Source of the DNA: Hormiphora californensis
Taxonomy: Eukaryota > Animalia > Ctenophora
NCBI GenBank assembly: GCA_020137815.1
Contig: CM035362.1
Span: 62,001-126,000 of the forward strand
DNA: 64,000 bases
Direction: 5' to 3'
In this document: positions 10,981 through 22,620 of the stretch, piece after piece
Numbering within the stretch: the first letter of the stretch is position 1
How the letters are laid out: the number at the start of each line of letters is the position of its first letter
Translations under genes and position numbers: made by a program
The notes under the pieces: model-generated
What the model was told of the DNA's origin: nothing
The model's database searches: none
Seen by the model: only the letters and a program-made list of their open reading frames with translations

Positions 10981-11894
10981 GGCAGGTTGGTTGAACTTCG
11001 ACAGAATTTAGGGTAGGTCTGAATTTAGGGTAGGTCTGAATTTAGGGTAGGCCAATTTAGGGTAGGTCTGTAACGTATCGTTTATCAAATCATTGCAATT
11101 CAAGATTAGGTCCTGATTAAGTCGCTGAACCGGGTCCCGTATCTCGTATTAACTCATTGCAATTCGAGGTTAATACACATGGATTAGGTCGCTGAAGCAC
11201 GTCCCGTATCTCGTATGATCAACTCATTGAAATTCTATCTTTTTTAGTCACCGAGACTAAGTACCTAGATGTACTGTGTTCCGTATCGCATCAAATGAAG
11301 TTAGAACTGTTTCTTCTTTGATTTTTATGATAAGGATGTATATGGGTGAAACAGTTCTAATTTCATTTGATGTGATACGGAACACAGTTCACCGTCTACC
11401 GACCTAAAGGCCCCCCCCCCCCCCAAACTACTATGTCCCTTGCTGCGCGCGACCGGATTTTAGACGGCCATAACTCCACCCCCTGATAAGATAGAGACCT
11501 GAAATTTGTTTTGTGAGGAGATCATGTCGAGTTCTTCCTACAAAACAAATTTCAAGTCTCTATCTCATCAGGGAGTGGAGTTTTGACCGTGGGAAATTTT
11601 ACAAAACCCGAGTGAGGGACATAGTAGTTTGGGGTGTACTTTAATCGGCGATTAAGATGGAATTTCAATGAGTTGATACGAAATACGTGTCACGTGGTTC
11701 AGCGACCTAATTTGTGTATACACTATACCTCGATTTGCAATGAGTTGATACGAGATACGGGACGCGGTTCAGCGACCTAATCATGATTTGGTAAACGATA
11801 CGTTACGGACCTGCCCTAAATTGGCCTACCCTAAATTCAGACCTACCCTAAATTCAGACCGACCCTAAATTCTGTCGAAGTTCTACCGACCTGC
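10981..11894. mobile_element. Foldback-type element with GGCAGGT(T/C)GG termini and a nested palindromic MITE (~11410-11642)
   Basis: Inverted arms with repeated AATTTAGGGTAGGTCTG units; no TSD recognised. The nested CCCCAAACTACTATGTCCCT element recurs at ~30570-30772. Confidence 0.65.
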
Positions 11895-12452
11895 CCAAGT
11901 TGTTTGTAGATCTCGACAAGATCTTTCGAAAACTTGAGGAACAGGAGTTATGAGCCAAAACGTGAAAAGTCGATCTTGAAAAACTTTTTCTTGCGTATTT
12001 TTAAAACGAAATTGGTGTGGCGCACATTTTTTCGCGCGTACCACACTAGTACTATAGTGTCTCCCACTACTTATATGAACATTCATTGGAATCGAAAGAT
12101 GGGAAATTTAGTAGTACACTGGTGGTAAACATGTTTGGTAACACATTTTGAAATGGTTTTTGGAAGTTATAGTAATTTAATGTCTTTTAATGTCTTTTAA
12201 TGTCTTTTAATGTCTTTAAATGTCCTACATATACACGGTCAATTTAATGTCCCGAAAATCGAGGGACTGTCCAATGTCCATGCGTGATCATGTCCATTAT
12301 TTTGACCAAGTCGCCAGCGTATCAAAATTAGTCGGGTTCAGTGGTTTTCGATATGTTATGAATTAGTTTCAGTTTTTACTCTCCGAGCTTGGTCAAATGA
12401 CCAAATTTTGTCAGTCTGTGCGACTTGGTCAAAATCTTGTCCATGCCCATAA

Positions 12453-13268
12453 TGTGCTATTTTTCCCAACTCATAAATCAAATCCAATTTTCACATAGTT
12501 TACCCCTAGAATGAGTTCCTACGATCATTCTAAAACATTTGGTAAAAAAATTTTAGTCCTACCCTGGCCCAATTACGTGGGCCGATGTATGCCCATATAT
12601 GGGCATATTCATATCAAAAAATGTTTTTGGGGCGTTATTTCGAAAAAACCACACATATGAATCGCCTCATGAGAACCAGTACAACCATTATTTCCAGTCT
12701 GCAACTTCAGAACTCCATTTTATAATGAAAAATTGATTTTTTTTCATCTTTTTTTCTTGCACATTTTCCTACTTTGCAGTATTAGTGGAGACGAATTTTA
12801 ACTTTTTGAGATTTTATTTGTCGGAAAGCAAATTCCGGTTGTAACCGACTAATTTTGACCTGCTGAACACGATCCCGTTCATGAAAAAGCTCTCAAAATT
12901 GAAGAAAATGACCAAAATGAACATTTTTAGTCAAAAATGAACATTTTTGGTCCAAAATGAACATTTTCAGGTCAAAAATGAACTTTGGCTAACTTTCATG
13001 ATACACATCCATTCTGATCGGTATCAAACCGCTGAACACGACCCTGACCATAAAAAGTTGATATCAAGAACATGCCAGACACTGGTGTAAAACACACATA
13101 TTTCCCTTTTTTCGGTAAAAAAGTAAACTTTTTTAATCGCGTGGCCCACGTAATTGACATACACTACCCCAATTCCGTTTTCAGGATTTTGTAGACAATT
13201 GTCCATAGTTTCATATCTACCCTTAAACTATTGGCCAAGTCGACAAAATTTTCACTTAGCACACCCTA
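12453..13268 (-). mobile_element. hAT-like MITE, second copy, slightly truncated at one end
   Basis: Near-identical reverse complement of 58175-58997. Confidence 0.85.
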
Positions 13269-14711
13269 ATGGACAGTCTGTGCGCACCCTAAAGGACATT
13301 ATAATACGCCCCCCCCCCCCCCCCCCCCCCCCCGAATATATTGACGTCTTGTTGTGTCAATCCATTTTCAATTTCAGTTTGATGAGGATGAGATGGAGTT
13401 GACACTGGAAGATCTGGGTCTGACACGCAGGGAAATATTGTACGTAGAGGAGATAGATGACTGAGAGAGCATGTAACCATGGCAACCACGAGGCAAGGAG
13501 ATAACGAATATTATAGTGAAGTGGTTCTGGCTAAGAACTGTGGTTAACCAAAGGAGATACTAAAAATGTTATGCTGGTGTGAGAGAGTCTATGGGTTTTC
13601 ATCATCATGTAAACAGTCATCCCGGTAAATCGGGCTCTGACTGTATACTAATACTAACTGACACTTTTTATATCATCGGTTGTTGTGAGAGAAGCTGGAA
13701 CCTGTTGAATAGGACTATAATACTTTGTGTTTTTAAATGACTGAGACTGTTCAAATCGACATAGCGTAAAAAGATATGAATATTTTGCTCTTAAATTTTA
13801 GGACAAGGTATATGGCTACCTGCCATATATCGGCAGAGACCAACATTTACTTAACTAAATACCTAATTTAAAAATTTTGGTCAGCAAAATTGGTACCGGG
13901 GCAATTCGGACCACAGCAATAGGAGTGCTTTATTTCGTCACGTGGGAATCACGTGAACGTCCTCACAACACCAGAAGAAGATCCCCGCCTGGTGTTGTTA
14001 GAGTTGGGGCAATCCGAACCATGTAATCTCCACGCTACTCGTTCTGTTTCGAATTGCCCCAGTATCACGTGGTACAAAGAACTGCACATCATTGGATAAC
14101 TGCGACTTCAGTTCTCCAATTAAATAATGTGTTGGGATTAGTAGTTAGTATGTACCACGTGATACTGGGGCAATTGGGACCAGAACACACACGTTATTCA
14201 CACACTCTCTCTCGACAACTTCAGCGTTAGTTATTAACCAAATTGCCCCGGTTCACTAACCAAATTGCCCCGGTTCGAATTGCCCCCCGGTGGTCTTAAT
14301 TCACCAGAATTTGGAATGAAAACATGTGAATTTGGGTTTTAGGCCCTTTAAGTTGCATTTTAGTGAGGGGAAGAGCCCTTATTGGTGTCTGAGACGAGCA
14401 AAAGTGAAACGAACTGCAACGTAACGAACGAGTAATGATGGGCAGTCTGTGTGCGCCCTTGAACAGTCTCAGTCATTTAAAAACACACAGTATTTCCAAA
14501 ATAAAATAAGGGATCAGTGTTGAAAGTGTAACTGTATTTGATATTATTATTCACATGGTTATACTTTTGTTCTCAATCGATACAGTCGAATGATGTCCTA
14601 ATACAACTGAAATTCAGGAGAGTTTGTGGAACTTTGCTCCTCGTTCAATTCTTGTAGGATATCATTCTATCTATGTCCTATGAGTATGTAATACATACTA
14701 TGTATATCTCA

Positions 14712-14981
14712 GGGTCACCACACACCAAAGTTAAAATTAAAATTAAAATTTTGATTTTAAACCCGCACACACCAGTGGCTGTTAAAATTTCTCTCCCTCT
14801 TCTAAAAGTAACAATCTCGCGCGCGATTTTGACAGCGTGTTAAAATTTTGTCATCCAACGCGACCGTCAAAATCGTGCGTGAGATTGTTAGAATGGGGAG
14901 AGAAATTTTAACGGCCGCTGGTGTGTGCGGGTTTAAAATCAAAATTTTAATTTTAATTTTAACTTTGGTGTGTGGTGACCC
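14712..14981. mobile_element. PIF/Harbinger-like palindromic MITE
   Basis: TIR GGGTCACCACACACCAAAGTTAAAATTAAAATT; flanks TCA/TAA; same termini at 35474-35859. Confidence 0.7.
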
Positions 14982-16848
14982 TAAGTCAACATGATTACCC
15001 CCTTTCATATATGGGGTACGCACAGACTGATCATACTTGATCATGATCATTTATGATCAAGATCTTGATCAAGCCGCACAGACTGATCATTGATCAAGCT
15101 TGATCATCTGATCAAGCTTGGACAGTAAAAACTGAAACTTATTCATATCAAACTTTGATATGAATAAGTTTCAGTTTTTTTTATTTTTACTTTGATTCAA
15201 AGCGAAAACAACTGTACCCGACTAATTTTGATACTCTGAATCACGTAAGCTAGTTTTCAAATCCTTCGGAGGTCTAATTAGACATAATGTCTAATTAGAC
15301 ATAATTGGGTCTAATTGACCCCAATTACAACTTGTCACCTGAGCACACTTCATCTTTTTAACTTACTAGCGCATCCATTGGGTGCGCCTCAAGTAAAGTA
15401 AGGGCCTTTTGATAACACACCCGGCTTCGCCGTGTGGCTCATTTCGCCACTTTCAACGTCAATAACACGGTTGCCATGGCAACTGAATTGGTAAATATGG
15501 TGATTGGCAATATGTTAAAAGTCATTCGAAAATATAAATTAACTTCCACTGGAAGTTCCAAAAGTGTGAGCAACAGCTTAACAGCTTTGGGCACATAAAG
15601 TGTTTTATGAAGGAGCACTGTCGCGTAGAAACGCACTGAACGAAACGGCCACTTCGACGACTTTCATCTCCAACTTATAATAGAGACTAGCGCACCCATT
15701 GGGTAAGGGATATTTGATAACCCACCCGGCTTCGGGTGGTTCTTTTGCCCCTTTCAACGTCAATAAAACGGTTGCCATGGCAACTGAATTGGTAAATATG
15801 GGGACTGCAACTGGCATATTAAAAGTCATTCAAAGATATTAACAAACTTCCACTGGAAGTTCCAAAAGTGTGAGCAACAGCTTTACAGCTTTGGTCATAT
15901 GAAGTGTTTTATGAAGGAGCAGTCTGTCGCTTAGAAACGCACTGAACGAACGACTTCGACGCGACATCTCCAAATTATAATAGAGATGATGTTCATCACG
16001 ATCAGTATGCTCATGTCCTCAGATCTGGTCATTTGATCAAACTTGGACAGTAAAAACTGAAAATAGTTTATATCAAAACGAAAACCACTGTATCCCACTA
16101 GTTATAGTAGTTTTGAATCACCTAAGCAACTCTGGCAAGTGGTCAAAGGTGAAGAAAGTGTCCTAATTGAGCATAATTTGGTCTAATTGGCCTTAATTGC
16201 TCAATTAGGGCACTTTCTCGACCTCGGAGGGCTTGGAAAAGTTACTTAGGTATACAAATTAGTCGGAAAAGTGTCCTCACATAAGCGTCTGTCGTTTCCA
16301 GGTGAAAAGCCGGCAGATCATTTTAATGTTTGTGTGATCTGAGTAGCTGTGCGCTTTCGTCAATATATCATCTACTCAATGGGAAATTGGCGCCCAATTT
16401 GCATCCACGCTGCATGCAGGTCAACACATGACACTGCACCAATAATATATTAATATAGAGAGAAAGATAGAGAACAATTTACTCGATCACAGTTTCTCCA
16501 CTTTCCATGGAAACGCTTGTGATTTTCGTTGTGTTCTACCACTCACTTTACGTCCTAATACTACTAGGACTCCTCATCTTCACAGCTCCAATACTATCTA
16601 TACTCGCTTTTCTATCCTTCTATCGCCTTGTTGTCATATCGAGGAGGAAGGAACAGAGGACTGTGAGAATTGGCTCACAGGAATCGGTAATAGTTCCCTA
16701 TAACCCAGGTCCTATTCACGGAGGGAGAGTGCAATGCACCACTGCTGATACTACTGGTAACTTGTTGCCTTGCTCGACCCGCGCCCGCCCTTTACAAATG
16801 TAACACTGTCTCTTGTAGTGTCTGTCTGTCTGTCTGTCTGTCTGTGTG

Positions 16849-16929
<81 letters not shown>

Positions 16930-17136
16930 CACGGTTTGACACGGTTTTTTACACAGTTTGTAAATTAGTTCTACTCATGTTCCCATGATTGTAAAAACTG
17001 GAAAGCACTGCCCTTGATCAGCACTTTCCTGTTCGTGAAACTTATAACATCAAGTTAAAAATCCACTCACACACATATAAAAGGAGCCTGCTGCCACTTC
17101 TTAGCTAGTACAGGGGAGAAAGCTAAGTGGGAGGTG

Positions 17137-18770
17137 TCATGCGCTTGTACTCGATATAGCGCTGGCGAAACGCGCAAGGAGCCCGGAGGTTCGAGGTGAA
17201 TGCTCTGATGTGGTGTACATAGTCGAGGAGATGATGGGAATGGGCTGGGAGGGGTCTTGTCTTTTGGGGAGTTCGGTTAGCAGGGTCTGTCTTTCCGGGT
17301 TGTAGAGGTCACAGGTGTCGATCACATGGAGCTCGGTTTCCGTTGTGCTTATACCCATTGTGACGTTGCTGTATGGGCAGTTTCTATTCTCTCGGGCGAT
17401 TCCTTGGTGACGCCCTACTTCAATTTTAAGGGAGTGTGAACTCATTCTCAGCTTGGCCAGGGCTGCCGGCTGCTCGATGGGTAAAATTCGTTACATTAGT
17501 CAGGTAGGATTGTACACCGTTTTCCCGGTCGAAGTTCTGATAGAAATCGAGTTTCCTTGAGGTAATGATAGTGTTGTCGATCTCGCACGCACTAGGTGTC
17601 AATGTCACCAAGTGTTGCTCCAGGCTTTGGAGTAAGTTGATGCAATTCTTTTATTTGTTGAATTAAGGGGACTCTGAAGATTCTACTCGGGGCGTGGGTC
17701 TGTGCTCGGGCGGGTTTAACTTTTGATAATTCTGGTTCTTTCCTCCGTCCTTCCTTGATTTCCAGGGCATCAAAGTGGTTCAATCTGTATAGATGGGGTC
17801 AGTGTTAAGGAGTCGAACTAATGATCTGTACCAGGGGAGTCCATTGGTGACATAGACACCGTGCGCGACCAAGATTGAGCTCACACACAGTCTGCTCCGC
17901 CCCAAAAAGGGTCGTTTCTTTCAAGGGATGTTGCACGCGATCCACTGGACCGATTTACATCCGGTTTGTCGCAAAAGACTACAAATGATCCTTATATACT
18001 GGAAAATACCCGAGAAGTTTGTCTGTCAACAGGAAGTGGGTCAAACTTGACACTGAAGTCAAACCTATAATCTGGCTTCCGAGAGTTTCTGCACTACGCC
18101 CATGCGATTTAGAAGATATATTGGGAGATATGTTGATGCAATTAGCATCAGCTATTAATGCCGGGTATTTTCCAGTACTCACAAGAGTTCAACCTATCTT
18201 CTGATACCCTCAGATTCATTCTAAACCGTCTGGGAGTGGTGCAAAAAGGCTCGGAAGCCAGATTATAGATTTGACTTCAGTGTCAATTTTGACCCACTTC
18301 CTGTTGACAGACAAACTTCTCGGGTATTTTCCAGTATATTAGGATCAGTTTGTAGTCTTTTGCGACAAACCGGATGCAAATCGGTCCAGTGGATCACGTG
18401 CAATTTGGCTTGAAAGACACGACCCTTTTTAGGGGGCGGAGCGGACACCTATGTGTGAGCTCGATCTCGCACGCACTAGGTGTCAATGTCACCAAGGGAG
18501 TCCAAGGTTCTTCTGCTCATGGTATGCAGCATTGACCAACCAGGTTGGATCGAGGGTTTTAATCCTGGATAGGTACTTGACGGTAATGTCGAGTGCTTCC
18601 ACATTGAGGGGGATGGTATTACTATCACCCCAGATTACTGCGTTCTGTGTTTTGCTATAAACGCCTGTGAGCCATTTCAGGTAGGAGAGCAGGAGTCGTT
18701 CAGATTTATCGGCTGGCCAAATTGGAGCTCCATACAGTAGAATTGGCTTGATCAGTGAATTAAAGAGCGC
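17137..18770 (-). pseudogene. Degenerate 3' part of a non-LTR retrotransposon ORF2 (RTE-X-like)
   Basis: ALFNSLIKPILLYGAPIW...LKWLTGVYSKTQNAVIWGD (18770-18620) and SSHSLKIEVGRH...RNC...ETELHVIDTCDLYNPER (17445-17137); interrupted by a MITE. Confidence 0.7.
17890..18446. mobile_element. Palindromic MITE inserted in the LINE relic
   Basis: Inverted ends CTCCGCCCC(C)AAAAAGGGTCGT / ACGACCCTTTTTAGGGGGCGGAG; partial copy at ~30138-30555. Confidence 0.7.
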
Positions 18771-18923
18771 TCTCCCAGGCCAAATATCATGAATTTCCTA
18801 TATCGGAGAAAGTTTATCCTCCCGGTAATTTTCGTATCCAACTTCGAATAAATCGAGGTCCGACTGCAACTGTACATCATTTAAAGAGAAACAACGATTT
18901 TGCAGTACTAATATTCAATTAAG

Positions 18924-18967
18924 AACAGGAGCTTTCGACTGATCTATGTCAGACGTCTTCAGCTATA
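18924..18967 (-). ncRNA. Minimal type I hammerhead ribozyme in the 3' pLTR
   Basis: Minus strand ATAG-CTGAAGA-c-GTCTGA-cataga-TCAGTC-GAAA-GCTC-CTGT: CUGANGA and GAAA cores, stem II with one mismatch, palindromic AGCT stem III, CUC triplet, stem I ATAG/CTGT. Confidence 0.8.
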
Positions 18968-19135
18968 ACAACAATGAAAATGAAAGTGTTTATGTAGTGG
19001 AGAAGAGGATATGGGATCCGGGGAGGGGAGGAGAGAGGAAGGGATGAGATCCGAGAAGGAAGATGCGATCCGAGAGGAGGGGATGGGGGAGGTGATCCAC
19101 GGGAAGGGAGAAGAGGTGATCCGAGCTGAAGAGAA

Positions 19136-21769
19136 TTAGGAAACAGGTTTGGGAGATCTAGGTTTGATGGAGATGCCAGCAGGACGGGGTTTGAAGGAGT
19201 TAGCAATCCTGGGGAGAAGGTGAGTCCATTGGAGGTTGACAGTAGGAACTTTATCTGTTCGGTTAATCGCCGGTTGAAGAGTGTGAATAGCCGCTTGTTC
19301 CAGTAGATTTAGACTGAGGCAGGAGGAAGAAGAGGAGAGGATAGAGGTAGAATTCCAGTCCATGGTGTGTCCAGATTCCCGAGCGTGGATAGCAGGAGCA
19401 GATTTCATCTTCCCATCGGTGTTGTAGAGAGAGTTGTTGTAGAAGTTTGATTCGTGTTCCTTAATCCGGGTTTTCACTGGTCGCTTGGTCTGGCCAACGT
19501 AGAAAGATGAGCAGTCGCGGCAGGGAATGGAGTAGATGGAGTTGGGAGTACTATCAGAAGGAGGCGAAGATTTGGTCTGGGTGAGGATGTTCCGTAGGGT
19601 AGAAGAGGAAGAGAAGGTGACGTCTATGTTGTAGCGGTTGAGGGTCCGTTTGAGTCGAGAGGAGAGGTCCGGGTGATAGGGTAGGACTACACGGTGGACG
19701 AAGGAAGAAGGAGGACGGGATTTTGACGGTTTGGGGTGTAGAAGGCGGTCCCGAACAGTAGACATCAGAGTGGAGATCTCGTAGGGAGGAAATCCATTGC
19801 AGAGACAGATGTTGTAGACTGTGTCGAGTTCCTCTTCGAGATGTTGGGGAGAACAGATGTTGTAGGCCCGACGGGTTAAGGATTGGATAACAGAGCGGCG
19901 TGTAGAGGCAGGAGTAGAGGAGTTGTACTTGAGATAGAGGTTGGTATGTGTAGGTTTCCGGTAGACAGAGGTAGAGAGGTCGGGATGGAGAAGGACGTCA
20001 AGATAGGGGAGAAGTCCATCCTTAGGGTGCTCGATGGTGTACTTGAGATCTGGAGCAAGGGAGTTGATGTAGGAGAAGAAAGACTCGGCGTGATCATAAT
20101 CCCTGGCAGCTCCTATAGCGTCGTCAACGAAGTGGTTCCAAGATCCCAGTGGGTCGGAGAAGGACTTGAGAGCGTGTTGTTCCTGTTCCGTAACACGAAT
20201 CTCAGCCAGGATAACGGTGAGGGGAGAACCCATCGCTCCTCCGGTACGTTGAGCGTAGAAGTTTCCGTTGAACTCGAAGTAGGCGTTGTCGAGGCAGAAG
20301 TCCAAGAGAGAGCGGATAGTAGAGGGAGTGAGGGGAGTAGGAAGGATATCAGGAGTTTCCTCAAGACGTCTGATAGTGGAGTCCACTGCAGCCCTCATGT
20401 CACAGTTTGTGTACAAGGAGACCACATCCAGAGAGAAGTAGTAGGGAAAAGAGGGAGATTGGCTGGAGCGGAGGCGGTTGACTAGGTCTGTAGAGTCCTT
20501 GAGACGGAGGGAGGAAGCAGCCAAGGGTTTGAGAAGGGAGGATAGGAAGGAGTGGAGAGCAGAGAGAGGGCTGTTGTAGAAGGCAACGATAGGACGGATG
20601 GGGGCTCCAGGTTTGTGGATCTTGGGTTGACCGTACAGTTGAGGATAACGGGGGTTCGTCAGTCTCATCTGTTTCTTCTGCGGCTCAGAGAGTAGCTTCC
20701 GGGTCTGTAGATCCTTCAGGAGAGCATCCAGTCGGCGGTGTAGAGAGGAGGTAGGATTAGACGGTAGCAGCTCGTAGGCTCCAGCAGAGGAGATGTGGTC
20801 GTTCACTTTCTCGAGATACTGCTCCTCAGCAAGGACAACAGTAGCGTTACCCTTATCGGCGGGCAGGAACCGGAGAGAGGACTTCTTCTCCTGGAGGTCC
20901 TTGAGAGCTTGACGGTGGGAAGTAGAGAGATTGGATCGCCTCGAGGATGGTTGGAAGGAGGACAGGATAGACGAGATCTCGTATGAGGCAGCTGCATCAA
21001 CTGACTCTCCAAGTTTCCTCGTTGCTGATTGGAGTAGAGGGGCCAAGCGGGGGATTGGGTCGGTTACGGGAGTAGGGGCAAACTTTAGACCTAAAGATAG
21101 GACTTCAGTTTCAGATTGGGACAGCGGGGTGGAGGATAAATTGATAACGGTTTTGGAAGGGTCAAGGGCGGGGGAGGTAGGGGTGGTGGTTTTGAGAGGG
21201 CCACTAATCAGGGGTTCGGTAATGTAGAAATCACGGAGGAGAGAGTAAGGGTTGAGAGTCGGGGAAGAGTAGAAATCCAGGAGAGTAGAGAACTTCTTGG
21301 AGTGTTTGGACATCAGGGAGAAGTGGGTAGAGGCGGACTTCTTCGCACAGAGGTTGACAAAGTCGTTCCGAAGGGGGGTAGGAAGGAGTGAGAGGAGGCG
21401 GGAGAGAGATTCCTTGTAGACACGCTCAGTAGTAGCAAAGCTAGACCGGTAGTGTTTCAGGCGTTCATTGAGAAGGAGGGTAGAAGCCTTGTTAAGGATT
21501 GTAGAAGAACGGGTAGACTTGATCGGGTTACTGAGGCGCAGTCCCTTGGGGATGAAGTGGTGATCCTTACAGGCTTTTAGAAAGCCTATATGGCAGGAAC
21601 AGATAGCTAGTTTGGCCAAGAGAGAAGAGGCTTTCTTGGTCAGGTTGGCAGTAGTGGGTCCACATGTAGAGAGGATGGTAGCATTAAAGGAGAGAGGAGG
21701 GGAGGGGGAGGAGGGAGATGAAGATGTAGGTGTATCTTTGGATTCTTGACCAGGTGTTGGTTGATCCAT
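19136..21769 (-). CDS. Penelope-like polyprotein: reverse transcriptase + GIY-YIG endonuclease (877 aa)
   Basis: PADKGNATVV, LYGQPKIHK..PIRPI, SLDVVSLYTN, GAMGSPL, FVDD, LPYLDV, VYRKPTHT; GIY-YIG-like SIYSIPCRDCSSFYVGQT.R...RIKEH. Confidence 0.96.
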   Translation of the reverse strand: MDQPTPGQESKDTPTSSSPSSPSPPLSFNATILSTCGPTTANLTKKASSLLAKLAICSCHIGFLKACKDHHFIPKGLRLSNPIKSTRSSTILNKASTLLLNERLKHYRSSFATTERVYKESLSRLLSLLPTPLRNDFVNLCAKKSASTHFSLMSKHSKKFSTLLDFYSSPTLNPYSLLRDFYITEPLISGPLKTTTPTSPALDPSKTVINLSSTPLSQSETEVLSLGLKFAPTPVTDPIPRLAPLLQSATRKLGESVDAAASYEISSILSSFQPSSRRSNLSTSHRQALKDLQEKKSSLRFLPADKGNATVVLAEEQYLEKVNDHISSAGAYELLPSNPTSSLHRRLDALLKDLQTRKLLSEPQKKQMRLTNPRYPQLYGQPKIHKPGAPIRPIVAFYNSPLSALHSFLSSLLKPLAASSLRLKDSTDLVNRLRSSQSPSFPYYFSLDVVSLYTNCDMRAAVDSTIRRLEETPDILPTPLTPSTIRSLLDFCLDNAYFEFNGNFYAQRTGGAMGSPLTVILAEIRVTEQEQHALKSFSDPLGSWNHFVDDAIGAARDYDHAESFFSYINSLAPDLKYTIEHPKDGLLPYLDVLLHPDLSTSVYRKPTHTNLYLKYNSSTPASTRRSVIQSLTRRAYNICSPQHLEEELDTVYNICLCNGFPPYEISTLMSTVRDRLLHPKPSKSRPPSSFVHRVVLPYHPDLSSRLKRTLNRYNIDVTFSSSSTLRNILTQTKSSPPSDSTPNSIYSIPCRDCSSFYVGQTKRPVKTRIKEHESNFYNNSLYNTDGKMKSAPAIHARESGHTMDWNSTSILSSSSSCLSLNLLEQAAIHTLQPAINRTDKVPTVNLQWTHLLPRIANSFKPRPAGISIKPRSPKPVS

Positions 21770-21844
21770 CAGGGAGAGGGTGGTAGTACCGTGTATAACA
21801 ATTAAAGAGAAACAACGATTTTGCAGTACTAATATTCAATTAAG

Positions 21845-21888
21845 AACAGGAGCTTTCGACTGATCTATGTCAGACGTCTTCAGCTATA
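21845..21888 (-). ncRNA. Minimal hammerhead ribozyme in the 5' pLTR, ~75 nt upstream of the ATG
   Basis: Same sequence as 18924-18967. Confidence 0.8.
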
Positions 21889-22134
21889 ACAACAATGAAA
21901 ATGAAAGTGTTTATGTAGTGGAGAAGAGGATATGGGATCCGGGGAGGGGAGGAGAGAGGAAGGGATGAGATCCGAGAAGGAAGATGCGATCCGAGAGGAG
22001 GGGATGGGGGAGGTGATCCACGGGAAGGGAGAAGAGGTGATCCGAGCTGAAGAGAATTAGGAAACAGGTTTGGGAGATCTAGGTTTGATGGAGATGCCAG
22101 CAGGACGGGGTTTGAAGGAGTACATCATTTTCAT

Positions 22135-22620
22135 TATCAAAAAGGCACACATTTTGTCTATCGCTGATACTGTCAGTGATAGTGTCGGTATCACTTACAA
22201 GTACTTGAGACGTTGTTTAGACGGTATTTGTATCGGATTCGCTTAACATGTTGTCTAGACGTTGTTTAGACGGTATTCGTATCGAAAAGTTGTTAAGACG
22301 GTATTTGAAACTGAATCGCGAGATTCTGCTTAGACGTTGTTTAGACGGTATGTTGACCGGTTTCAGTTGAGACGTTGTTTAGACGGTACGTTCATCGATT
22401 TTCCTTTAGACTGCGTTTAAACGTACTTTTAGAACTCCGTCTGAAATACAGACGGGTTTGTAAAACTCCGTCTCAACGTCTGGTACAATTTTCAGACGTG
22501 CCGTCTCAACTTTGAACGGATGCCGTCTAGAGACCGTCCAGACACTATCTTTTGGTACCGCTTTTAGCTGATTTTATCAAAACCCGTCTAGACGCCGTAT
22601 GCGGCAAATGAGAAATTACC
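22135..22620. mobile_element. Right arm of a foldback element related to 27857-29519
   Basis: Ends in GACGCCGTATGCGGCAAATGAGAAATTACC and aligns with ~28870-29519. Confidence 0.7.

Larger units (their letters stand above)
18883..22119 (-). mobile_element. Full-length Penelope-like retroelement with ~320-bp direct terminal repeats (pLTRs) and TSD
   Basis: 18881-19200 appears identical to 21802-22121; flanking direct repeat GTACATCATTT at 18872-18882 and 22120-22130; single RT + GIY-YIG ORF. Confidence 0.95.

Noticed and set aside
19876-21227. Overlapping ORFs on both strands within the Penelope ORF
   Set aside because: By-products of strong strand compositional bias; no recognisable motifs.
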